From Gemmatimonadaceae bacterium (GTDB taxonomy: Bacteria > Gemmatimonadota > Gemmatimonadetes > Gemmatimonadales > Gemmatimonadaceae), in contig JBDSDB010000203.1 in NCBI GenBank assembly GCA_039920785.1, positions 1,042-65,041 of the forward strand: a stretch of DNA of 64,000 nt. The letters are read 5' to 3'. Every line of letters starts with the position of its first letter. Positions within the stretch are counted from its first letter, which is position 1. Position numbers and translations under genes: made by a program. This document shows, piece after piece, positions 56,909 to 64,000 of the stretch. A model generated the notes under the pieces. The model did no database searches. It was given only the letters and a program-made list of their open reading frames with translations, and was not told where the DNA came from.

Positions 56909-58519
56909 ATGCACGCCAACGCGCCCGCGACGCTGCCCACGCTGATGGACCGGATCACGCTGCTCGTCCTGCAAGTGGGCGCCATCGCGGTCGTGCTGGC
57001 CGCCGTCACCTACAAGCAGTTCGAGCTCGACCGATTCTTCGTGCCCAAGGAGCTCGTGTTGCACGCAACGGCACTGCTTGCCGCTGTGTGCTGCCTGGTG
57101 CGTGTGAGGGAGCTTCGTTTGACGCGAGTCGATCAGATGCTCGGCATCTTCCTCAGCCTCGGTGTGGTCTCGGCGCTGTTCGCTCCCAACTGGTGGCTGG
57201 CGGTCCGCGCCGTCGCGCTCACGCTGTCCGGCGCCACCTGCTTCTGGTGCGCGCGCGCCGTGTCGCGCGCTGGGCTCGCGCGCCCGCTCGTTGCCGCGCT
57301 CGCGCTGGCCGCTATCGTCGGAGCCCTTACGTCGCTGCTGCAGACGTACGGCCTGCGAATCGACCAGTTCAGCCTCAACCGGGCGCCTGGTGGCACGTTC
57401 GGCAACCGCAACTTCATGGCGCATCTGTGCGTGATCGGCTTTCCCGCGCTGCTACTCACGGCATTACGCGTCGAATCCAGTCGCGCGTTCGGCTGGTGGT
57501 CGGCGGGGCTCGCCCTTTTGTCCGCGGCGCTCGTGCTCTCCCGCAGCCGCGCCGCATGGCTCTCGCTCGTCGCGTGCGCGTTGGTGCTGCTCGTCTTCGG
57601 ATTCCTCGCGGTGCGCCGCGCGCCCGGCTCGATCAGTTGGCGTCGACTGGTCGTGCTGGCGCTGGTCGCCGCAACGGGCGCCGGCTTGTCCCTCGTCCTT
57701 CCGAACACGCTCAATTGGAAGAGCGACTCGCCCTACCTCGAGACCGCGCGCAGCGTCGTGGACTACAAGGCGGGCAGCGGACGCGGACGTCTCGTCCAGT
57801 ATGGCAACACGGCGCGCATGTCGCTGCATCATCCCCTCCTCGGCGTCGGGCCGGGTAACTGGGCGGTGGTCTATCCGAACTTCGCGTCGAGCGGCGATCC
57901 GTCGCTCACCAGCGAGGGAATGACCGCCAACCCCTGGCCGAGCAGCGACTGGATGTCCTTTCTCTCGGAGCGCGGCCTTGCCGCGTTCGTCCTGCTCTCC
58001 CTCGCCGTCATCGCGCTCGTCGTGGACGCGTTGCGTGTCCTGCGCGTGGACGGCGATCCGGAAAATGCGCTGGCGTCGTGGACGCTGCTCGGTACCCTCT
58101 CCGTGCTTCTGGTCGTCGGCACCTTTGACGCAGTACTGATGCTGCCCGCGCCGGCATTGGTTGCTTGGGCATTGCTCGGCGCGCTCGCGCCGCCGTCGCG
58201 GTCTCGAAAGGTCGTGTCCCTTCCCCTGCCGAAGATGCTGCTTGCCGTTCTGCTCACGTTGGTGATTGGTGGCTTGGCAGTGACCCGAAGCGCGCAACAG
58301 GTGGCGGCGATGTCGGTGTTCGCGGGAAGCACCCGAACGAATCAGGGGGAGCGGGCCGCGGTGCTCGATCCGGGAAGCTTCAGAATTCACATGCGCTTGG
58401 CTGACGCGTACCTGCGTCGCGGAAGCTGCCCAAACGTACGAGCGCACGCATCCGCGGCACACGATCTCTTTCCCAACGCTGCCGCACCACGCCGTCTGCT
58501 CGTGGTCTGCAGGAGATAG
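56909..58519 (+). CDS. O-antigen ligase/polymerase family membrane protein with C-terminal TPR-like tail
   Basis: About 12 TM helices. SRSRAAWLSL motif of the Wzy_C/O-antigen ligase domain. Confidence 0.8.
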   Translation: MHANAPATLPTLMDRITLLVLQVGAIAVVLAAVTYKQFELDRFFVPKELVLHATALLAAVCCLVRVRELRLTRVDQMLGIFLSLGVVSALFAPNWWLAVRAVALTLSGATCFWCARAVSRAGLARPLVAALALAAIVGALTSLLQTYGLRIDQFSLNRAPGGTFGNRNFMAHLCVIGFPALLLTALRVESSRAFGWWSAGLALLSAALVLSRSRAAWLSLVACALVLLVFGFLAVRRAPGSISWRRLVVLALVAATGAGLSLVLPNTLNWKSDSPYLETARSVVDYKAGSGRGRLVQYGNTARMSLHHPLLGVGPGNWAVVYPNFASSGDPSLTSEGMTANPWPSSDWMSFLSERGLAAFVLLSLAVIALVVDALRVLRVDGDPENALASWTLLGTLSVLLVVGTFDAVLMLPAPALVAWALLGALAPPSRSRKVVSLPLPKMLLAVLLTLVIGGLAVTRSAQQVAAMSVFAGSTRTNQGERAAVLDPGSFRIHMRLADAYLRRGSCPNVRAHASAAHDLFPNAAAPRRLLVVCRR

Positions 58520-58537
58520 CGCAGAACCATCGAACGG

Positions 58538-59440
58538 TCAGCGCGAATTGCTGGGCGGGAGTCGCAGCGTTACGCCGGGTCGGAGCACCCCTCTTGGGCT
58601 CCGCTTGTTCGCGCGAGCGAGCTCGCTGACACTCACGCCCGAACGGCGAGCGACATCCCACAGAGTGTCCCCTTCGCGCACGCGATAGGTGCTCCCACGA
58701 ATCGCGTCGCCTGAGGCGGCATTGGAGCTCGGCACCTTAATCCTCTGGCCCGCGACGGGCGTGTTGGACACGCGAACTGCTTGATCCGGTGGTGTTGCCG
58801 CGATGGCGCCAGACGCAAGTTGCGGCAGACTGACCACCCGGCCTGGCTCTGTGAGCACCGCGACGTGAAGATGCGGCGGGTGCCGCTCCTCGGTCGCCTC
58901 GACGAACCCTCTGGCCTCGAGCTCGGCCAGCGCGTTCCGCAACCAAGTCTGGCACGGACCCGCGTTCGGGCGGCGGAGGTCCACGGCGATCCCCGTGGGA
59001 TGAACCGAATAGGGATTCGAGTTTCTCGGCTGGCGGCTGATGGGGCGCGCGGCGCTCGTGACGGTGAGCGGCGTACCGCAGGCCGCGAAGTACTGCGGCG
59101 CGAAGTCGAGCACGAACTGTCTCGCCTCGCGCGTCGCGTACGAGAAGCCCACACCGCTCGTCAGCTCATACGTGGAGTCGCCGGTCAGCGTCACGAGACG
59201 TCCCGTCTTGACCGCGTCCGACACATTCGTCGGGGTGAGATAGAACGGCAGATGATGCGACTCCGCGAAATCGTGCATCTTCTGCACGCTCGCTTGCGAT
59301 CCGCGCAACGCCTCGGGAAGTCGCGAGCGGCGCTGCGCAGCTGCGATCCACGGAGTGGCCCCAATGCTGAGCGCGACGCCGATTGCGAGCGTTGCAGCGC
59401 GACCGAGCCGTGGAAAGCGGAGACGGTGGACAGGACGCAT
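58538..59440 (-). CDS. LAS/M15-type peptidoglycan peptidase with C-terminal LysM domain
   Basis: ATG 59440 plus a signal peptide. SVHPTGIAVDL (SxHxxGxAxD) and a HLH zinc ligand. LysM domain (YRVREGDTLWDVARRSGVSVSELARAN). Confidence 0.75.
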   Translation of the reverse strand: MRPVHRLRFPRLGRAATLAIGVALSIGATPWIAAAQRRSRLPEALRGSQASVQKMHDFAESHHLPFYLTPTNVSDAVKTGRLVTLTGDSTYELTSGVGFSYATREARQFVLDFAPQYFAACGTPLTVTSAARPISRQPRNSNPYSVHPTGIAVDLRRPNAGPCQTWLRNALAELEARGFVEATEERHPPHLHVAVLTEPGRVVSLPQLASGAIAATPPDQAVRVSNTPVAGQRIKVPSSNAASGDAIRGSTYRVREGDTLWDVARRSGVSVSELARANKRSPRGVLRPGVTLRLPPSNSR

Positions 59441-59529
59441 GGTCGCTCGTACAAGCACGGGCGATGCCACGGATTCGCTGCGCACCGCGCTGCAACAAGG
59501 TGTCCCATTCGACATCGGATGGCGTCCGA

Positions 59530-60984
59530 TCAGCGCTCGACCAGCTGTGCGGGCTCTGGCGGCGCCGCGAGTGTGGCCCCGGCGACCGCATCGCGCACCG
59601 CGGCAACGATATCCACACTCGCTCGCTGCACCACGCGTGCGACGGCGCCGAGCGCGGCGCCGATCACTCGCGCCGGATCGATGCGTGGTTGGCCACCGTC
59701 CGGGTAGAGCGAGGCCATGATGCGCGATCGGAGCGAGAGCGCGATCGGCGTGGCGAACGCGAGCGCATTGAAGTGCGCGTCGTAGTGCGTGCCGAGCCCT
59801 TCGATCAGCGAGGCTGTCCGCGCGAAATACACGAGATGGCTGGGCATGATGACCGGCCAATCGTATAGCTCGGCGATGACCTCGTTGGCGAGCAGCTCGA
59901 CACGCTCGCGGGTGGTGTTCCGCTCGTTCGCGACGGCGAGCAACACGCCGGCAAGTCGTCGAATGACCGCTGGATCCGCTCCAGTCACCACGAGCCCCAG
60001 CGCGTGAAACGAAGCCGCGAGCGAGTCTGGGTCGCGGCGGATCGCAGCGAAGATCGCCGCGACGAGCTGACGGCGGAGCTCGAGGGGGACCCGCACGACC
60101 ATGCCGAAGTCGAGCAGGATGATCCGTCCATCCTCGGCCACGTGCACGTTGCCCGGATGCGGATCAGCGTGGAAGAGCCCGTGCACGAGCATCATCTTCG
60201 CATAGAGCTCCATCACTTCGCGCACCAATCGCTCCGGGCGAACGAGGCCGTCGCGCACCCACTCGTCGAGGCGATCGACGCGGCGACCGGGGCAATACTC
60301 CAGCACCAGCGCACGCTGTCGAACCATTGGTTCGATCACTCGCGGAATCCAGACGCCGCGTGATCCGGCGAAGTTGGAACGAATGGCCACCGCATGCGCC
60401 GCTTCGAGGCGAAAATCCATCTCCTCCACCACGCGGGCGGAAAACTCCTGGATCACGACGCGGGTGCCGACCACATGCGGATTGGGCCACCACCGCTCGA
60501 CCAATGCGACAATGCGCTGCGCGGCGCGAACGTCCGCGGCCACCAGCGCCTCGACGCCCGGGCGAAGCACCTTCACCACGACCTCTTCTCCGTCATAGCG
60601 GGCGCGGTGCACCTGACCCAGCGACGCGGCCGCGAGCGGCACCTCGTCGAACCGCTCGAACAACTCCGACGGCGGCGCGCCGTACTCCTCGATGAGAACA
60701 CGCTCGATCTCGGCGAGCGACACCTGCGGGACCTGATCGGTAAGCGTCGTGAGCATCCGCGCGTAGATCGGCGCCAAGAGGTCGGTGCGTCCCGCGAACA
60801 GCTGCGCCATCTTCACGAACGTCGGCCCGAGTGCCGCTAGGGCAGCGACGAGTCGCTCGGCGCGCATCTCGTGTTCGCGCACCGTACGACTGGCCGGCGC
60901 GCCGAACAACAGCCAGCGCCGATGATCGCGCCAGAACGCGAGCGCGAGAGGGAGGAGCCGGTAGAGGATTACGATCAGCCGCAT
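59530..60984 (-). CDS. ubiB: ABC1/UbiB family atypical kinase
   Basis: ASLGQVHRA, VVVKVLRPG and FHADPHPGN motifs. Confidence 0.9.
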   Translation of the reverse strand: MRLIVILYRLLPLALAFWRDHRRWLLFGAPASRTVREHEMRAERLVAALAALGPTFVKMAQLFAGRTDLLAPIYARMLTTLTDQVPQVSLAEIERVLIEEYGAPPSELFERFDEVPLAAASLGQVHRARYDGEEVVVKVLRPGVEALVAADVRAAQRIVALVERWWPNPHVVGTRVVIQEFSARVVEEMDFRLEAAHAVAIRSNFAGSRGVWIPRVIEPMVRQRALVLEYCPGRRVDRLDEWVRDGLVRPERLVREVMELYAKMMLVHGLFHADPHPGNVHVAEDGRIILLDFGMVVRVPLELRRQLVAAIFAAIRRDPDSLAASFHALGLVVTGADPAVIRRLAGVLLAVANERNTTRERVELLANEVIAELYDWPVIMPSHLVYFARTASLIEGLGTHYDAHFNALAFATPIALSLRSRIMASLYPDGGQPRIDPARVIGAALGAVARVVQRASVDIVAAVRDAVAGATLAAPPEPAQLVER

Positions 60985-61024
60985 GGGTTGTCCGATCCCC
61001 TCTCGCCCGTGAGCGTGCGCGCGC

Positions 61025-62158
61025 TCAGCTGGCCCGCATGGTCACTGGGTCGATCCCGATCCGTCCGCACCACAGCTCGTACTCGCCGGGCAGCACCTCG
61101 GACGGTTTGATCTCGCTACGTCCCCCCCAGAAGACGTTCGTATAGCTCACCGGAATCCCCGCTTCCTCAAGGTGACGATCGATCGCGGCCTTGTGGGCGA
61201 GCACCGTGGTCTTCTCCGTCCCGTGCGCGACGGCCATGACGTTCACGTTCGCGAACTCCTCCCCGCCCTCGCGCCAGTACGCATGGGTGAGGATGTGATG
61301 GCGTCCCACCTCGCGTCCCGCTTCGATCTCGCGTCCGGCTGGCACTCGCCAGTGGAACAGTGCGTTGTATCGTGTGGCGCGCTCGCCAGTGACGGACGGC
61401 TTCACGTGCTCGAGAAAGGTGGAGAAGCGCCCGATCACGCGACGTTCGGAGAGAGCGCGCGCGACGCGGAGAAATTCGTCGTACGATACTCCGGCCTCGT
61501 CAGCGCGCGATCGCCATGGCTCCGTCCGGAGCTCGTGGGGGCCGAGCTCGCGCTTGAGTGCGGCGAGCACCCGCCACTCCAGCGCGCTCAGCTCGACGAT
61601 GTTGGTGTCGAGCACCTCGCCCGGTTCGGGCGAGCGGCTGCCGGGCTCCATGCCACGGCGGCGCATGTGTCCCACGCCGAGAGCGAACAGCCGTTTGGCC
61701 GGCATGATCCGGAACGACGATGCGCCGATGCGGGCCGCGAGCCACTCACAGTGACGCTGCATGGAGAATCCCTGCGGCACCTTGAGCGTCGTCCAGAGCC
61801 GATAGATCGACCCCGGTGTCTCCGCGTCCGTGGAGCGGATGACCACGTGCCCGGAGAACGGATCTTCCTCGACGAAGTAGTCGAACGCGGTATCGAGCTG
61901 GTCGCCGGCGACTTGCCAGGCGACGAGCGCGCCGGGCGCGAGGTTCGTCGCCATGAGGGTCTGGCGGATTCGTCGGACTACACCGGACTCCAGCATCGCG
62001 CGGAGCCGCTCCAGCACCGTATCGACCGGTAGCTCGCTCAGCCTCGCGATCTCGACGAACGGATCCTCGAGGAATCCGGCGATCCGGTCCTCGCTGACGG
62101 CGAGGATGCGAGCGTTGACCGGATCGGAGATCTCGGTGGACAGGACGGATGGCGACAT
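61025..62158 (-). CDS. duplicated Lrp/AsnC-like protein, siroheme decarboxylase (NirDL/AhbAB)-like
   Basis: Two tandem halves. Each has an HTH-like segment (IARLSELPVDTVLERLRAMLESGVVRRI / LSALEWRVLAALK) followed by an ...LVAW.V... and ...H.Y.R...N.. type beta-alpha module. The assignment is from motif memory only. Confidence 0.45.
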   Translation of the reverse strand: MSPSVLSTEISDPVNARILAVSEDRIAGFLEDPFVEIARLSELPVDTVLERLRAMLESGVVRRIRQTLMATNLAPGALVAWQVAGDQLDTAFDYFVEEDPFSGHVVIRSTDAETPGSIYRLWTTLKVPQGFSMQRHCEWLAARIGASSFRIMPAKRLFALGVGHMRRRGMEPGSRSPEPGEVLDTNIVELSALEWRVLAALKRELGPHELRTEPWRSRADEAGVSYDEFLRVARALSERRVIGRFSTFLEHVKPSVTGERATRYNALFHWRVPAGREIEAGREVGRHHILTHAYWREGGEEFANVNVMAVAHGTEKTTVLAHKAAIDRHLEEAGIPVSYTNVFWGGRSEIKPSEVLPGEYELWCGRIGIDPVTMRAS

Positions 62159-62198
62159 GAGCGAAAGATAATCAGTCGCCGGCCCTCGTCGGGCGTGA

Positions 62199-62477
62199 TC
62201 AGAGACCGGGCAGACGCCGCCGTACCTCTCTCGAGCCGGCCGCCACCCCCGCGCCGACCGCGATGCCGAAGCTGAGTGCCGTTCCGGCACCCAGAAGCGG
62301 CACGAGCGCGACGAGAGGGAGGGCGATCAGGGCCGCGCCCACGCCGGCGATGAAGGGCGCGAGCGCAGTGTGGACGGCGTCCACATACCGGAGCCGTCCC
62401 GTCACGAAGTTGCGCGCCTGGGCGTAGCCGAGCATCGCGAGTACGGTGCCCGCCAGAAAGCTGAGAAGGAAAAACAT
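62199..62477 (-). CDS. small hypothetical membrane protein (92 aa)
   Basis: Three hydrophobic helices. The ATG at 62477 has GAGG upstream. Confidence 0.45.
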   Translation of the reverse strand: MFFLLSFLAGTVLAMLGYAQARNFVTGRLRYVDAVHTALAPFIAGVGAALIALPLVALVPLLGAGTALSFGIAVGAGVAAGSREVRRRLPGL

Positions 62478-62600
62478 GATGTACCTCGCCGAATTTTGGG
62501 TGCGCACACTCGTACGCCGCGAGTGGTCGCGAGTTTCATCGCCACGCTGGCTCGGAGCGCGATCGCTTTCTAACTTCCGCGCACCTCAACGCTACTCTAA

Positions 62601-62915
62601 ATGATCACGCTTCGCGTCACCCGACACGACCGCAATGAAGCCCTGCTCGCCGAGTGCCAGAGTGCGGTGATCCCGGCGCGTGGCGAGGTGCTGCAACTCG
62701 ACACGCTCGAATCGGACGGCAGCATGGTCAGGCCGAGCACGATGTGGCGGATCGTCGCCGTCACGATCCACGTCCCATCGCTGCAGTCCGCCGCACCGGT
62801 CGGCGCTGACTCGCTTCGCGTACGCACGGTGGAGGTGAGCGTGCTGCCCGATGTCTCGCTCATCCCGGCGCTGCATCAGGCGGCTGCCGAGGTGCTATCC
62901 GAATCACGCTTGTGA
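62601..62915 (+). CDS. hypothetical protein (104 aa)
   Basis: GC3-rich ORF directly upstream of the kinase gene. No motif recognised. Confidence 0.45.
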   Translation: MITLRVTRHDRNEALLAECQSAVIPARGEVLQLDTLESDGSMVRPSTMWRIVAVTIHVPSLQSAAPVGADSLRVRTVEVSVLPDVSLIPALHQAAAEVLSESRL

Positions 62916-62959
62916 CCGTGCATGTCCCGGGTGCTTCGAGCCGCTTCGTTCGCTAGGTT

Positions 62960-64000
62960 GTGGGGGTGACCCGCCCGCCCTCGCTACCTCGTCCCGAATC
63001 CGTCACGGACCGCCCGCTGCGCGTCGTGGGCGACTTGCATCGCGTCACCCACAGTCTCCCCGAGCACCTTGCCGAGTGGCAGCTGCCGCCTGGCTGGAGC
63101 TGGGGCACCGAAGGGGTATGGGACGACCATCGCCACTTCCAGGAGATCGTCGACGCTCTCGACAGATCGCTCTCGCTGGTGAGCGCTCCGGTGCCCGAGC
63201 ACGCCGCGTGGCTCGAGGCGGAGGCACGCGGACTCGCGCACCGCAACCATCCGGCGGCGCCCACCACGTATCACTACTGGACATCGTACAAGGAGAGTCG
63301 TCGGGGTCCCGGCTATCTGCGGCGCTGGATCGCCGGCGAGACGATCGGCGCCCGCTTGATGCGCGCCGGAGCCGACGACGTACCGGCGGTCCTGCGCGTC
63401 GTTCGGGAGATCGGCTCGGCACTCTCGTACCTGCACGACGCCGGCACGGTGCACGGTGCCATCTCGGTGGAGACGGTGTGGACAACGCCCATGGGCCGGC
63501 TCTGGCTGCTGGGATGGCAGTGGGCGGTTCCGCTGTCCGATGTGCCCGAGGGGCTCGCTCCCGATGCCGCGCGCATGCCACTGCCCCCAGAGTGGGGAGA
63601 CGACTGGCACCCGACGGCATCCAGCGACCAGTGGCAGCTGGCGGCGCTGTGCTTCAACGCGCTCACTGGCGAGGCGCCGCCCCGCGACGACATCCCTCCC
63701 GTCGCGCTTGTGCGGCCAGATGTTCCTCCGTCCGTGGCGCAGGTGATGGACAAGGCGCTCCATCACGACCCCGCGCAGCGATACGGGAGCGTGGCGGCGA
63801 TGATCCGAGCGATGGATCGCATCGTGGGCAGCCGCACAGTGCTGACCTTGAGCGGAGAGCACACGGCGGCGGCGCGTGAGTCCCCCGAGGTGCGCCTCCG
63901 CTGGGCGCTCGCCGACGACTACGAAGTGATCGCTCCACTCGGCGCCGGTAGCTTCGGGTCCGTGTGGCGCGTACGCGATCTCTCGCTCGGTCGCGAGGTC
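62960..64000 (+). CDS. Ser/Thr protein kinase with N-terminal pseudokinase-like domain (3' end outside window)
   Basis: The ORF is open from the TAG at 62954 to the window end, which is why it is missing from the ORF track. GTG at 62960 or 62966. The first domain has kinase C-lobe-like motifs but HGAIS instead of HRDLKP. The sequence ends in a canonical Gly-loop (YEVIAPLGAGSFGSVWRVRD). Confidence 0.75.
   Translation, partial: MGVTRPPSLPRPESVTDRPLRVVGDLHRVTHSLPEHLAEWQLPPGWSWGTEGVWDDHRHFQEIVDALDRSLSLVSAPVPEHAAWLEAEARGLAHRNHPAAPTTYHYWTSYKESRRGPGYLRRWIAGETIGARLMRAGADDVPAVLRVVREIGSALSYLHDAGTVHGAISVETVWTTPMGRLWLLGWQWAVPLSDVPEGLAPDAARMPLPPEWGDDWHPTASSDQWQLAALCFNALTGEAPPRDDIPPVALVRPDVPPSVAQVMDKALHHDPAQRYGSVAAMIRAMDRIVGSRTVLTLSGEHTAAARESPEVRLRWALADDYEVIAPLGAGSFGSVWRVRDLSLGREV

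Overview
High-GC (by eye about two-thirds G+C), gene-dense bacterial chromosomal segment. The protein repertoire includes an FlgD-Ig/T9SS-like C-terminal sorting tail, a short RpoD-type sigma, a stand-alone four-helix-bundle 'IVS/Avd-like' protein and many DUF proteins. This looks like a Gemmatimonadota/Acidobacteriota-like soil bacterium, but that is inference only. I call about 60 protein genes, many joined by 4-nt ATGA/GTGA stop-start overlaps. I saw no rRNA, tRNA, CRISPR array, transposase, integrase or recognisable defence genes.

Main blocks:
- smc 3' end, aroF and hydrolases.
- A minus-strand rpmE-prfA-prmC-ylbF-tmk-ctp operon.
- Crp/Fnr, MBL hydrolase, CsgG-like protein and an HD-GYP phosphodiesterase.
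- spoIID, hemL, rimO.
- yajQ, four-helix-bundle gene, rpoD, lepB.
- An aldehyde dehydrogenase / orphan NtrC-type regulator / thpR / larE string.
- An eight-cistron sulfate-assimilation/cysteine operon: osmC-cysN-cysD-cysC-cysH-tauE-sir-cysK.
- amtB-glnK-porin.
- Antiporter, panE, comM.
- DUF4142 divergent from an ArsR-like regulator.
- GNAT, radical SAM, HEFQH lipoprotein, O-antigen ligase, M15-LysM peptidase, ubiB.
- The 5' part of a pseudokinase-kinase fusion running off the window.

Signals most worth a second look:
1. A Cys-codon-rich leader ORF (including Cys-Cys-Cys) with mutually exclusive antiterminator/terminator helices immediately upstream of the cysteine operon. This is a candidate ribosome-mediated cysteine attenuator.
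2. The antisense-inserted four-helix-bundle gene, bracketed by inverted arrays of an 8-nt periodic repeat (GGTGAAYT / ARTTCACC).
3. An AT-rich repeat island plus a roughly 320-nt structured leader in front of amtB.
4. A 14-bp perfect palindrome in the DUF4142/ArsR divergent promoter.
5. A membrane-protein gene split by a single in-frame TGA.

All promoter and terminator calls come from reading the sequence only and are unverified.
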